DNA from: a virus
Lineage: Duplodnaviria > Caudoviricetes
Direction: 5' to 3' (one strand)
DNA: 61,812 nucleotides
IMG/VR virus record: IMGVR_UViG_3300035183_000056
Location: 1 to 61,812 of that record
The notes under the pieces are model-generated. The model saw nothing but the letters and a program-made list of their open reading frames with translations. It did no database searches and was not told the DNA's origin. Below are positions 10,299 to 20,913 of the stretch, one piece after another (position 1 is the first letter of the stretch; the number at the start of each line of letters is the position of its first letter). The position numbers and the translations under genes were made by a program.

Positions 10299-11753
10299 TT
10301 ATGTCCTCTCTGTGTACTTGGTGCCTATTACCAAGTCACCTAAAGCAAAGTACGTATTGGAATCAGAAGGCACTTGGTCGCCAGAGGGCAAAACGTCTTC
10401 TATATAGTCAACCCCGTCGACCTTAGCTGAGTCTACTATGTCAGAGACAGCAAGCCTACGTCCAAGTGTGGTCTTGGTCTTGGTAAACAAGGATCTAATA
10501 GCAGCGTCAGCCAAAGATTTGGAGGCCTGGGGGTCAGCGGTCAGCTTCAAGACCAATGTAAAGGAAACGTTTACTGTTACCTTGGTCGGGTTAATGGTTT
10601 GGATATCCAAGGCCGTAAATTGCTTGGACTGAAACCACTCTAAAAAGTCAGACCACTGGAGGGTAGTAAACGCATCACTGGACGTCGGTAGGATACAAAT
10701 CCGTATCACATTCATAAACCTGAGGTCATACGGGGCGATATCCTTCTGACCTTGTACTTGGACACTAGCTACACCCGGATAGTCCAAGATTATAGCCTTA
10801 TGATCGGGTTTAGTCACAGCTCTAGTTCGAGCCTTGAACATTTGCGGTGCCATGGTCTGGTAGAAGGCCGCTGACTTTTGATCTGCTCCACCAGTAATAG
10901 AGCCGGATAACCCGGCTTTAGCCGCGACTGTAGAATCGGTAGGGCACACAATGCTAATGTTAGAAATGTTACCGTTGGAGCCAGAAGCACCTTGCGTAAC
11001 AGCATATCTGACTTGAATTTTATACCCAGTAGGAGGTAGGTAACCGTGGTATCCATCGCCAAATGCAAGTATAGTGTCACCATCACCCGACGTAGCATCA
11101 TAGTACACCTTATCTGTCGGCTCTGCCACCCAAATACCGTCTTGGGTTACTGACCATAGCTCAGCCACGTTGGTCGCAGGGTCTATCAACGTAACTTCCA
11201 CGTCCACAGAAGATACTACAAATCCAGGCTCGTTGAGGTATATTTCCCTAAAAGAAGTAGAATCTGCGGTGAAGGTTTGGACTTTGATTGTACCTTCATA
11301 CAGCGTAAACGGATCCGAGTCCTCAGACCCCGCAGCAAAGAATATAGGTTCTCTATTGAAATAAGGGATACTATTGATGGTGAACTGCGTAAACTTGGCT
11401 ATGGTCTTGGGTAAAGAAGTGCTGGTTGTCCTAGTTAGAATGGCGTTATCCACACTAGCTGGAATTTTTCTCTCTATTCGTACACCCAACATCCGTGTTA
11501 TGGCATAAATAGAGCTTTCCCTAACAGCCGTATCTAGGAAATTCTCTCTAGCCGCCAGCTCAATGGAAAACTGATTCAGAGCGCCTACGGCAGACATCAT
11601 TTCCATGAGGGTCTCGCCAGCGCTGCTGGCTAAGAGGTCTTTCCAAGACTGCTTATTGATTACGTAGGCTTGAAGCTGCATCAATAAAGATGCGAAATCC
11701 GGCTTAACTTTGGATAGGACCAAAGGTACTGGAGTGGTAATAGATGTGGTCAT
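10299..11753 (-). CDS. baseplate wedge subunit (T4 gp6 / P2 gpJ-like)
   Basis: ENFLDTA...S, FGDG..G..P, GGAD and RAVT..D motifs. Confidence 0.9.
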   Translation of the reverse strand: MTTSITTPVPLVLSKVKPDFASLLMQLQAYVINKQSWKDLLASSAGETLMEMMSAVGALNQFSIELAARENFLDTAVRESSIYAITRMLGVRIERKIPASVDNAILTRTTSTSLPKTIAKFTQFTINSIPYFNREPIFFAAGSEDSDPFTLYEGTIKVQTFTADSTSFREIYLNEPGFVVSSVDVEVTLIDPATNVAELWSVTQDGIWVAEPTDKVYYDATSGDGDTILAFGDGYHGYLPPTGYKIQVRYAVTQGASGSNGNISNISIVCPTDSTVAAKAGLSGSITGGADQKSAAFYQTMAPQMFKARTRAVTKPDHKAIILDYPGVASVQVQGQKDIAPYDLRFMNVIRICILPTSSDAFTTLQWSDFLEWFQSKQFTALDIQTINPTKVTVNVSFTLVLKLTADPQASKSLADAAIRSLFTKTKTTLGRRLAVSDIVDSAKVDGVDYIEDVLPSGDQVPSDSNTYFALGDLVIGTKYTERT

Positions 11754-12157
11754 GCACCTTTCCTCGGCAAATTGAATGTGAAAGTTACCACCTTGTTACC
11801 TAAAGTAGGAATAATGTAGGTAATTCCGACGAAATATCGTTGGTTGACGTAATCAGCTTGGACGACCACATCTTGAAGTTGGATTCGAGGTTCCCAATCC
11901 TTGATTGCCTGCACTAGATCCAACCGGATCGCAGTAATGGTGCGGTCATCCATAGGTTCCCATAGTAAATCGAGTACGTCTGACCCGAAGGCACGATTAA
12001 AAACCCTGGTTTTTCGTTTTGTTCCAACGATGGCCAAGATAGAGTTGTTTATGCTATCTTCGTTATAAATGAGTTCGTAGCGGCTATGCTGGCCAACGAA
12101 TAGATTTACGTCGGCATATAGAATTTCAGCTCTATCAACTACTATGGCCTGGCTCAT
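11750..12157 (-). CDS. baseplate gp25-like protein
   Basis: R.FN..FGS....LLWEP and I..WEPRI motifs; start moved to ATG 12157 behind an AGGAG RBS. Confidence 0.9.
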   Translation of the reverse strand: MSQAIVVDRAEILYADVNLFVGQHSRYELIYNEDSINNSILAIVGTKRKTRVFNRAFGSDVLDLLWEPMDDRTITAIRLDLVQAIKDWEPRIQLQDVVVQADYVNQRYFVGITYIIPTLGNKVVTFTFNLPRKGA

Positions 12158-12259
12158 GTGGCAAGCTCCTATGTTTGATGACCTTAAATTATAGTCTCTT
12201 TTAAGAAAGAGAAGCCTTCCAGCCAGGCATATAGTGTCAAGCACACCAATCCAGGTAAA

Positions 12260-12667
12260 TTAAAAGGAAGTAAAAGACTTGGAATTTAGGGCTAAAGTAA
12301 ACCCACCTCTGTATAAAGGGGGTAGGTCATAGTGATCTATGTTATGGTGAGCTACTACCCCATGCCTATCCGTTAAGAATAAGCAACATCTTAAGGTTGA
12401 GCACAGCCCGTTTAACGAAGCAACTGCTCTATGTCTTCCATCTGAGTCTATTACCATTCCGTCTAGGGTCCGAACTTTCAGCCAAGGCATGTCCTTGATT
12501 TGACCTTCTGCAATTAAGTGGTTGTAGTATTCGACCGTCAAGGCTTTATCAGTTAAAGACTGACCACCGTCATCAGTGGTGAGAGACAGGAAGTTGTCCG
12601 GAGTTAAGGTCACTAAGCCTATAGACCCTCTCATCTTCGCTCTGTTTATCATCGCTCTGTTTATCAT
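12260..12667 (-). CDS. ParB/Srx-like domain protein
   Basis: VIDSDGRHRAVA motif; 15-bp tandem duplication (MINRA x2) at the start. Confidence 0.5.
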   Translation of the reverse strand: MINRAMINRAKMRGSIGLVTLTPDNFLSLTTDDGGQSLTDKALTVEYYNHLIAEGQIKDMPWLKVRTLDGMVIDSDGRHRAVASLNGLCSTLRCCLFLTDRHGVVAHHNIDHYDLPPLYRGGFTLALNSKSFTSF

Positions 12668-12767
12668 CGCTCTAGTGTAGATTAAAGAATCTAAAACACC
12701 AGAAGTGACGACAGCTTTTTACCCTTTTGACCTAAATTAAGCTTTAATTTCATACGTATCACCTTCT

Positions 12768-13607
12768 TCAAGGATTACCAGGTGTGGATCCCCTTACTCC
12801 TGTCCAGTCCGGCATAGATGGTTGGTCAGAAGACCCAGGTTCGATAGGTGGTGCGCTAGCCGCAGTCTTATTTTCGATCAAGGGTTCACCTTGGAGAACT
12901 AAAGGCCCAGCAGAACCAACGATAGCGGAGGTGGTGCCGAATATGCCTAGCAATGAACCAACAATGTTTAAGGCACCTTGAACCCCTAGGTTAAAGACCC
13001 CGGCCACTGTCTCTGTTACTGAACCTAAAACAGTACGTTCATAGTTGCCTTTAACTATTTCCTTTAGGTTGCCTTCTATGTAGCTGGTCTTATCTCCCAG
13101 TATTACCTCAGATACGTTACCATTAACATACAGGTTTACGTTACCTTGTACATATACATTCAGCTCCCCTGGTGCTCGTATGAAAGCCTGCTTGGTCTTC
13201 GTATCTAGGACCAGCAGAGTACCATCTTTGTACAGGTGAACTTTTCGTTTAGGATAGTTGACTTTGGCCTCAGGCAGCATGGTCTGGTCATCAACCAGGT
13301 ACCCACTATAAATGGGATGGAGGGGGCTACCATCTTGGAATTTAACTTTGATCTTGCTACCTTTGCTAGGTACATCAAAAGATCCTGAGTCAGGTGAAGC
13401 ACCGTCTGCGTGACTTTGGTCTGGTATAGCCCACGGTAAGTCCGAGTCTGGATAAGAGTCGAATAGTCCATCGACCCGTATTTTCACCCGACCTCGCATC
13501 TGACCGTCACCACTATGTGTGTCATCATCATCAACCACTGTACCTGGATACCACTTGTGGGGGTCAAGCCCTTGACCCTTTTTCATATCAGTGCTAGGGT
13601 TAAGCAT
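12768..13607 (-). CDS. baseplate central spike (T4 gp5 / gpV-like)
   Basis: GRVKIRV, LPWA and P..GS.I.V.F.DG.P..P OB-fold motifs followed by V.GN beta-helix repeats. Confidence 0.88.
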   Translation of the reverse strand: MLNPSTDMKKGQGLDPHKWYPGTVVDDDDTHSGDGQMRGRVKIRVDGLFDSYPDSDLPWAIPDQSHADGASPDSGSFDVPSKGSKIKVKFQDGSPLHPIYSGYLVDDQTMLPEAKVNYPKRKVHLYKDGTLLVLDTKTKQAFIRAPGELNVYVQGNVNLYVNGNVSEVILGDKTSYIEGNLKEIVKGNYERTVLGSVTETVAGVFNLGVQGALNIVGSLLGIFGTTSAIVGSAGPLVLQGEPLIENKTAASAPPIEPGSSDQPSMPDWTGVRGSTPGNP

Positions 13608-15802
13608 TAGCCGTTTCTCCTGGTCTCAAGGTTTATCTCAGACTCTAATTGATCGACCTTACTAGGTAAATCCTCAGTAGGGTACTGAGCAATTTGGAGC
13701 GGCATCTCAGGTATCCATTTCAAGAACTGACTATCGTGGTTGGTCTGCATTTCGTCTGACACTATCTGAAGGTAAGCCCGATCCGGCATGGGTCTCCCTA
13801 AGTCGTCATCCACAGGACTTTCATAGAATCTGTCCAACAAGTCTAATAGGTATGTACTGTTGTTATTAGGTGTCACTAAGTCATACATAACCGGTATAGG
13901 ACTAGGAGGTTCTACGCCTCTGGTGACCCGCAACGTTTGGTTCCACATGGCTACAGTTGAGGTCGTTACCGTGTTGACGCTAGTGAGCATAGCTTGGTGG
14001 GCTGTATTGAAATCTGATACCGCAGACGCTAGAGTGGGGTGACCTGACTGCAAGGCTGTTAAGTACGTGGACGACATAGCATAGGCTGCTGTCTTGCTTA
14101 TTGAACCTACCAGCAACATACGTTTAGCCGCGCCTACTACGTCAAAGTAAGCTTGATAAATACCACCATCCCTGAATATGAAGGCACCTTTGGTAAGTTG
14201 ATTGAGATTGCTGCTGTTTAACGCTGTATTTACTTGCTGATAGGCGTTAGCTCCTTGTGCTATGGTCGTAGCTACGTAAGACACGGTTGGGTCAATGCTT
14301 GTTAGGTGCCCAGTCACGCTAGCTAAAGCGGCGGTCAACCTGCTGGCGTAAGCTGCATCTGTTTCACCTGCAGAAGGGCCTTGTAACACAGAACTTAAGG
14401 TTCTCCAATAAGCGATGCCTGGCCTTATGGTGTGATCCAGCAAAGGAAATGCAGTACGTACAGAGTTAAATATAACTTCTGCTGGATTCAACACCGTTGA
14501 TTGTAGGGCCTTAAGCACCGACAAGCTAGTGGCGGCCAGGTTTCGTGCTGCATTACTGGAATCGAGAACCACGTCCGCTATCACGGCGGCAATGCTAGAT
14601 GTGGGGTTTTGAACACTGATTGAGGTCTTCAAGGTAGATTCTCCTTCTATGGTTAAGCTCATTCTAGCCAACTCTATCCTTTCAGCGTAACTAATGCCAG
14701 CTTTTACATAGACAGACTTACCAACAACCAAATAGATGTCTGAATTCTTAGCTGGTAAGCTCATAACAGCATCTGCCTGCCTATATATTACTACGTCAAA
14801 CAGTTGAACGTCCGTTACATCATAGGTAAGGATAGACAGGGATTCACTGAATAGACCTAACTGCCTAAGATTTTGGTATAAAGCTTGGGAGTAATTAGCG
14901 TGGGTATTACCACAATCAAGTAGGCCATAATCCACCTTAGCCCTTCCAATGGTCTTGGAAACTTGATCGTTTATAGGTAAGAATCCTGCTGTGGTCAAGA
15001 CATCTACTTTTTCAAGCCGCTTGTTCACACCCGTCAATGACGGTACGATTAGAGTAGATCCGTAATTTTGCCAATTGTTCATTAAGCCTGCATTGGATCT
15101 ATCCCGTACTTGCCTCACCTGGTAGTAAATTCGGTCCTTATCAAAGGAAGATGTAGGAACATTGTGCAAAAAGCTATGCTTGATAGAGTCTATAGGAGTT
15201 TCGATTACGTCCATTACATTGCGGTAGCGTAGCTCTCCTAAGGAGGTAAGGGCCACTGCCATAGCACTGTGGTTGTCGATGAATCCATGCTTAGCCACGT
15301 CCTTAACGAAAGACGCTAGATTTTTGCTAACACTCATCCATAGTTGCCTGTCCTTCGGGGTCTTCCCATTAAATTCTTCTGGGCCAGAGTAACCTAACCG
15401 GCAATCGTTTGCTATCTGTCTTAGGACTTCGGAAGAAAGGCCTCTATAGGACTTATGTGTAGACTCTGAAATAAACTTTGGCGCATCATATATACATATA
15501 GCCTTAATACTAGGGTTATTTGCCTGGTCTTTGCTGACTGGCTTAAACAATCTGTATTGCCTGGTCACAGTTCTAACGTCTTTAGGTGACTTACCAACCG
15601 TAACTACAATACTATTGGCCTCAGTCAGGGCCTTTTCTCTGGATAAGAACCCGGAGGAGTCCCCTAAATAGAACTCTGCGGTAGGGAACAGAGTGGCAGC
15701 GTTCTCTACCAACAACAAACCACTAAAAAAATTGGCGGAGGTTGGTACGTCTCCGCCATCAATCTTTATGTCTACGAAAACACGGTTTTGTACGTTAATC
15801 AC
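13607..15802 (-). CDS. baseplate hub protein (gp27/gpD-like) with a helical C-terminal extension
   Basis: Synteny (gp53-hub-gp5); SEVLRQIA...GL motif. Confidence 0.6.
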   Translation of the reverse strand: MINVQNRVFVDIKIDGGDVPTSANFFSGLLLVENAATLFPTAEFYLGDSSGFLSREKALTEANSIVVTVGKSPKDVRTVTRQYRLFKPVSKDQANNPSIKAICIYDAPKFISESTHKSYRGLSSEVLRQIANDCRLGYSGPEEFNGKTPKDRQLWMSVSKNLASFVKDVAKHGFIDNHSAMAVALTSLGELRYRNVMDVIETPIDSIKHSFLHNVPTSSFDKDRIYYQVRQVRDRSNAGLMNNWQNYGSTLIVPSLTGVNKRLEKVDVLTTAGFLPINDQVSKTIGRAKVDYGLLDCGNTHANYSQALYQNLRQLGLFSESLSILTYDVTDVQLFDVVIYRQADAVMSLPAKNSDIYLVVGKSVYVKAGISYAERIELARMSLTIEGESTLKTSISVQNPTSSIAAVIADVVLDSSNAARNLAATSLSVLKALQSTVLNPAEVIFNSVRTAFPLLDHTIRPGIAYWRTLSSVLQGPSAGETDAAYASRLTAALASVTGHLTSIDPTVSYVATTIAQGANAYQQVNTALNSSNLNQLTKGAFIFRDGGIYQAYFDVVGAAKRMLLVGSISKTAAYAMSSTYLTALQSGHPTLASAVSDFNTAHQAMLTSVNTVTTSTVAMWNQTLRVTRGVEPPSPIPVMYDLVTPNNNSTYLLDLLDRFYESPVDDDLGRPMPDRAYLQIVSDEMQTNHDSQFLKWIPEMPLQIAQYPTEDLPSKVDQLESEINLETRRNG

Positions 15803-15826
15803 GGATCGTCTCTCCTAAGAGGATCT

Positions 15827-16180
15827 TTAAATGGAGATCACTCTTTGAACCGTACTAGGCTTAGGGATAGCCAAGGTGAATATTTCCATCACCGAGGCCA
15901 GTCGGGGTATCTTTAAAGTTAAACCTTCTACAACCTCCCTGTAAGACGCGATGCCGTTGTATGCTTGGATGACCCACCACAGCTCGTCGGTGCCGTACCT
16001 TTCTAAGCTAATGAGGTCTAAGGCGCCCCTTTGGGCTTGAGTCACCCTATGAACGTCATAGTCTCGGATAGTCGGCAGAACCCTTAGAGCCCTGTCCCTC
16101 AGAGGGTCTACACCATACTCATCTACGGATATAGAGTGGACGCGAAGATACCTAGAACGAGTGCCTGTATTGTCCAACAT
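15827..16180 (-). CDS. baseplate gp53/gpX-like LysM protein
   Basis: LDLIS...YG..ELWWVI...NGI...G..LKIP. Confidence 0.85.
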   Translation of the reverse strand: MLDNTGTRSRYLRVHSISVDEYGVDPLRDRALRVLPTIRDYDVHRVTQAQRGALDLISLERYGTDELWWVIQAYNGIASYREVVEGLTLKIPRLASVMEIFTLAIPKPSTVQRVISI

Positions 16181-16185
16181 GACTG

Positions 16186-16971
16186 TTACCCTTTCTGCAA
16201 AAACATGTTATCTACATCGTCCGCCGTAAAGCAGGAGTAGAAGCTCCTAATACCTACGGAGACAACCATAGCAATAGGTAGGTCATTCTCATCCATTAGG
16301 CATGATATGTCGGATGACACATTAGTAATAATCACGTTTTCTATACGGATGAATTTACCCAATGTCAAAATTATATTCCGACCACCTAAAAGGTTTCCTA
16401 TCAAGGTTGGGCCTGGTGTGCTTAGGATTTCACCGAACAAGGTTGGAGCTATAAGCTTCATCATGGCGCGCTGTTTATCCTGAACGTCAGCCATCGTATT
16501 AGAGTGAGAATGAAAGTGCATGTCGATGGTAAACTCAAGACCACTAGATCCATCCCAAACACTTGCCGACTGGGACCTTAGTTTAGATCCGATGCCAGCT
16601 GTTTGGAGGCCAAAGTTAAGGGCTTCCTTCACTTTAGGGCTAGAGGCTGCGGCCTGAACCAAGCGACCAGCCGCTGCATATTTTCCTCCTGCCGCGCCAA
16701 CCAAGCCACCTGTTGCACCAGCTCCTTGTAAAGCGTTGTCGACCATATTGTGCCTTTCAAAAGGCTGAGACCAGTTTGAGCTTAAGCCTAGATTAAATCT
16801 CTCTGGTAAGTTGGCTATGATAGGGTAGATCCGTCGCCCCGCAGCATCCAAGGTATCATCCCCAGTTACATGTAGACTCATCTGGTAAGCGGGATCAATA
16901 GATGAGTCCGTGGCAGAATGGCTGCTATCGGGCGGTACAGCAGTACCAACGTTATCAAATATGATTGGCAT
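16186..16971 (-). CDS. tail tube initiator / baseplate protein (gp48/gp54-like)
   Basis: Position after the tape measure; W.GSS.LEF and VITNVS tube-fold-like strands. Confidence 0.55.
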   Translation of the reverse strand: MPIIFDNVGTAVPPDSSHSATDSSIDPAYQMSLHVTGDDTLDAAGRRIYPIIANLPERFNLGLSSNWSQPFERHNMVDNALQGAGATGGLVGAAGGKYAAAGRLVQAAASSPKVKEALNFGLQTAGIGSKLRSQSASVWDGSSGLEFTIDMHFHSHSNTMADVQDKQRAMMKLIAPTLFGEILSTPGPTLIGNLLGGRNIILTLGKFIRIENVIITNVSSDISCLMDENDLPIAMVVSVGIRSFYSCFTADDVDNMFLQKG

Positions 16972-16985
16972 AAGACCCTCAATCG

Positions 16986-19900
16986 TTATATGTGTCCTGC
17001 TAGCACCATGGATAGTAAGCTTGCGTCTGGAATAAGAACTGGAATTTCATCCAAGGTTGGCTGGCTGCTACCGGAACTTGGTACTACAGTAGGAGCAGAT
17101 GGCATAACTACTGGCGCCATATCACCTAAATTAGCTATAAATACTTGCTTGGCCTCCGGAGGTAAATTGGGGTTCACCATCGGTTCAGCGGTAGGTCTAA
17201 CACTGTCTACTTGCACTGGTGCCCGGTCTTCCCCAGTATCCGATGACCTAGGAACCGAAGACTTTAGGCTAGCAACCTGGTACGAACCGCTATTGTCAAG
17301 ACCAGTGCCCGGCACTGGTACTCCGTTGACAGACATTACAATCCCCTCCTCAGAATAACCCAGTAAATCCCTTCCTGCAGGTGTAGAATAACCTACATCT
17401 TTTTTCCTGTACATCGAACCAAAGGACATAGGCTGACGCTGAGTACCTACAGGAGGTAATGATTCTTTAAAGGGCGACTCCTCTACACTAGAATAGGCAA
17501 CAGACTCAGGCATGCCACTATTACCAGCATTAGGGTTAGAAAAGTCCTCTGTTGTATGATACAAAGCACGTATCGGACTAGCATTACTTGGAACCCTCGT
17601 ACCCGTGGTTAGGTCCACACCACTTTGGTTCCCCATGTAAGAAGGTAGGTCCGTGGCAGTTGACCGGCTAGAGTCATCTAGTACGTCCAAGTTTAGTGGA
17701 TAGCTTAGAGGCTGTACTCCTAAAGTTCCTAAAGGGAACGGCCCATTTGGTAGCTTAACCCCAGTCTCAGCAGCAGAAGCAACATCCAAAGGTTTTATAT
17801 CAGGTGCTTTAAGGTCTAAGTTTGGTGACTCAAGACCTAAGTTTGGTTCTCTTGGCCGTGTAGCTGATACTTGGACCTCAGGATTACCTAGTGTCAGATT
17901 GGTAATTGGACTTTGAGTTGTTTGGCTACCCCCTGCAGAAGTGGCAGCCGTTCTTGACCCTGGGTAACCCGTATTGGTGTTTTCAACCCCAGGTGTTTTT
18001 TCTTCTTGGCTGGCCACTGGTGCTTTGAGTGCATCAATATTGGTCACTACGACCGGTACGGGTCCTGTCACAACGCCAGAAGTAAGACCGTTTAACTGTG
18101 GGGGTTGTTGGGTAGTCTCCAAAGGACTCTCTAAGCCCTTACTACCTTCTTCAAGACCGGGCGCAGTAGTCCCTAATAGGATTCTATTGGTCTCCACTGA
18201 ACCAAGATCACCTGGCTTAGTGTCTCCTACTGCTCCTTCTTGTTGTTGCTGCTGTTGTCCTCTAGTAGCCGCATACGGATCTACAGCGTATAAAGGCTTC
18301 CCTCGTTTCTGAAATCCAGATAAGTATTGTTCTAGCGGAGTAGTAGCTACACCTCCTTTGGAGGACGAAGACTCACTAACCATCATTTGACCAGTGACCG
18401 GGTCTTGGACTACCTGAGCAATATGGTCTATGCCTTTGTATCTATCAGCCGCCTGCTCCTCGTGTGCATTCACACCTAGCAACATCCCTGGCTTAAGGTT
18501 TGCTGCGGTAACAGCATCACCCTCCAATGTACCAGATAGCTGGCCAACGTTCTGAATAATACCAGCCGCGGTTTGTCCTTTCTTTATGGCGTCCATGCTG
18601 CCTCTAAGAACATCCGGATTACCCATCTGCTCCGCTATGTTCTTGTTTATCTCGGTAACCCACCCAGAACAGTCAATCTGACCACTATCGCTATCACGGG
18701 CGCCCATTTTATACTTAACACCCTTATCAATAGCTGACTGGGTTGCAGCCATTAACTGACCGTTTATGTCCGCTACTGGCCCATCTATAGCTTGCTGTAG
18801 TTGTCCTTCAACCGCTTTATCCGGTACTGTAGTAGGTAACCCCATAGGCTTAACGCCCTGGACTTCGTGTTGGTCACCGCCAGTACCTAGTCCATTAGAG
18901 TAGGCATCTAACGCCGCCTTAGCATACCTAGACCGGCTTGCCATGTTGACGTAACGTGGATCAGCTCCCTCATACTTCTTTTCAAAGACAGACACTGCTT
19001 CGTCCACAGTGGATGTCCGTTTAACGGCATCTACTGCTCCCTTATGCGTAGTATCTAGCTCATGTTGCAGGAATTGCCAGTTGGCTTCATCCGACTTCAT
19101 GTCCAGACCCCGTGCAGCGGCAAAGTCTTCAAAAGCTTTCCTGCGGGTGCCGGTCCACTGAGCCCAGCCATACCCACCTTTGCTTCCCTTTACCAATGGG
19201 TTCTTCTCATTTATGTCTGGCTGCAAACCACCCGATTCATACCCTAGGTTCCCAACCATACCAGCAGCTTGCTCCTTCGTTAGACCATACCTAGTCATCA
19301 AATTCGTAATCAGTACGGCTGATTTACTCGCATAGTTATTATTGGCGGCTTTAAATCCATCAGAAACACCTTGACCAATAGTAGTTGCAGCTCCAGGTAT
19401 AGCACCTACCGCTCCGGATAAGCCGCCTGTCTCATACCCATGTTTTATTTGACCTAGAGCTTGGCTACCTGCCTCCGATACGAAAGATCCGAAGCTTTTC
19501 AAGCTGTCCCATATAGAAGCCCCACCTTCCACCATAGCCTGAGAGAGGTCGTCCATGTTCTCTTTAAGATCGGCAACTGGCTTGAAGGTCTTCTCCATTT
19601 TAGGTAGTATGTCCTTCTCCCAATCTTCTTTTACTGCCTCTCTAGCTTCGTCACTAAATGGGGTCATAGCCACCGCAGCAGCACGACCGAGGGCTAAACC
19701 TACGTCTTCGTCTTTAACAACGTTGGTCACTAGGTCTATTGCTTCTTCAACCAAGGCCTCGCCACCTATGTATCCTAGGGTTCCCCCTATGACACCGCCA
19801 GCTGCGGTCCCTATACCTGGGGCGACCAACGTACCTAGGGCTGCTCCTGCTTCGGCCCCAGCCAAAGACCCAGCGGTAGATCCAGCTATCTTCGCTACAC

Positions 19901-20735
19901 CTTTCCCTTTATCGGTACCTGACGTACTAGATTCCATTAGAGTGCTGGCTAGGTCATTAGCGGCCATAGCCATGGTAACAGGTACCGCAAGCTCTCCATC
20001 TAGACCTACTAACTTAGATCCTGTGCCAACAACTGCTTTTTTCAATCCCTCCGGATTGACTGTAGCCTTAACACTCTCTTTTAACAAGCTCGTGGCTTCG
20101 GTAGGAAGCTCGGCCCTTAGCATATCCAGCGTTTTCCCTAACTTAGACCTAGGGGTTTTTGTTGTGCTGCCTGAGGGCTTGTTGCCGCCGCCCTTGCTGG
20201 TCTTGTTCTCCAGATAGTCCAATATAGTGGAAGACCAACCACTTCCCTCATCACTATCGGAACCTACTGATTGACCTGCAGCGGCTGAATTCGCCGCTAT
20301 AACACTAAGGATCTTGTTCTGGTCTCGGAATAGAGTATCCAGCTTGCGCAGTAGTGCTTTATTAGCTTTGACCTGTAGGTCTTGCCAAGTTTCTAGGGTA
20401 GCCACCTCGTTAGTCAACTCTGCCTGCAGGTCCTCCACATAAGGTACTGAGACAGATATAGGCTGGACTTTATCCACTTCTGGATTGTATCCCACAGACG
20501 GATCTAACGGACGGTCATCTAAACCTGGGACCCCATAAGGCGAGGAGGCTACCTCCTGGGTAGCCTCTAACCCGAGCATTCGTTCCATCTTGCTCACAGA
20601 TTGCGAAATATCTCTTAGATAGTCCTCGATACTCTTTTGAATATCCAGCTCCGCCAGAGCTTGCTTCCTGGCAAAATAAAATTCTAAAAAGGACGGATTA
20701 GGCGTATAGCCAGGGTTTTCCATGGTAATCACCAC
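16986..20735 (-). CDS. tape measure protein with tail-lysozyme and NlpC/P60-like domains
   Basis: 1249 aa, Ala/Gly-rich; AAGMVGNLGYESG..GYGWAQWTG.R (phage lysozyme-2 type); IDCSGWV...DHIAQV (Cys-His peptidase). Confidence 0.82.
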   Translation of the reverse strand: MVITMENPGYTPNPSFLEFYFARKQALAELDIQKSIEDYLRDISQSVSKMERMLGLEATQEVASSPYGVPGLDDRPLDPSVGYNPEVDKVQPISVSVPYVEDLQAELTNEVATLETWQDLQVKANKALLRKLDTLFRDQNKILSVIAANSAAAGQSVGSDSDEGSGWSSTILDYLENKTSKGGGNKPSGSTTKTPRSKLGKTLDMLRAELPTEATSLLKESVKATVNPEGLKKAVVGTGSKLVGLDGELAVPVTMAMAANDLASTLMESSTSGTDKGKGVAKIAGSTAGSLAGAEAGAALGTLVAPGIGTAAGGVIGGTLGYIGGEALVEEAIDLVTNVVKDEDVGLALGRAAAVAMTPFSDEAREAVKEDWEKDILPKMEKTFKPVADLKENMDDLSQAMVEGGASIWDSLKSFGSFVSEAGSQALGQIKHGYETGGLSGAVGAIPGAATTIGQGVSDGFKAANNNYASKSAVLITNLMTRYGLTKEQAAGMVGNLGYESGGLQPDINEKNPLVKGSKGGYGWAQWTGTRRKAFEDFAAARGLDMKSDEANWQFLQHELDTTHKGAVDAVKRTSTVDEAVSVFEKKYEGADPRYVNMASRSRYAKAALDAYSNGLGTGGDQHEVQGVKPMGLPTTVPDKAVEGQLQQAIDGPVADINGQLMAATQSAIDKGVKYKMGARDSDSGQIDCSGWVTEINKNIAEQMGNPDVLRGSMDAIKKGQTAAGIIQNVGQLSGTLEGDAVTAANLKPGMLLGVNAHEEQAADRYKGIDHIAQVVQDPVTGQMMVSESSSSKGGVATTPLEQYLSGFQKRGKPLYAVDPYAATRGQQQQQQEGAVGDTKPGDLGSVETNRILLGTTAPGLEEGSKGLESPLETTQQPPQLNGLTSGVVTGPVPVVVTNIDALKAPVASQEEKTPGVENTNTGYPGSRTAATSAGGSQTTQSPITNLTLGNPEVQVSATRPREPNLGLESPNLDLKAPDIKPLDVASAAETGVKLPNGPFPLGTLGVQPLSYPLNLDVLDDSSRSTATDLPSYMGNQSGVDLTTGTRVPSNASPIRALYHTTEDFSNPNAGNSGMPESVAYSSVEESPFKESLPPVGTQRQPMSFGSMYRKKDVGYSTPAGRDLLGYSEEGIVMSVNGVPVPGTGLDNSGSYQVASLKSSVPRSSDTGEDRAPVQVDSVRPTAEPMVNPNLPPEAKQVFIANLGDMAPVVMPSAPTVVPSSGSSQPTLDEIPVLIPDASLLSMVLAGHI

Positions 20736-20745
20736 TATTTACTGA

Positions 20746-20913
20746 TTATCGCGTTTGGCTGGGAACAGACACCTTCGCTTTTTCACGTTCCTTCCTATAC
20801 TTGGAGTATAGATACAGCAGCTTCATGGATGGCTCAGAATCACTAAGAAGGATCCCACGATTCTGAGCCAGCTCATACTGCATGTCCAGTATAGTCTGTT
20901 CAGGAACTACCGA
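20746..20913 (-). CDS. -1 frame extension of the tail chaperone (gp51/GT-like), 55 aa
   Basis: Open -1 frame SVVPEQTILDMQYELAQ...SQTR* begins at the T7 run at the end of the upstream gene. Confidence 0.65.
   Translation of the reverse strand, partial: SVVPEQTILDMQYELAQNRGILLSDSEPSMKLLYLYSKYRKEREKAKVSVPSQTR

Noticed and set aside
12158-12244. N-terminal extension of the gp25-like ORF
   Set aside because: A better ATG with an AGGAG RBS lies at 12157, and the extension covers the TAATTT motif
4027-20909. Genome-wide TAG reassignment
   Set aside because: Several apparently complete genes end at TAG (4027, 4411, 4911, 20907) and long core genes need no read-through; only two accessory genes have internal TAG
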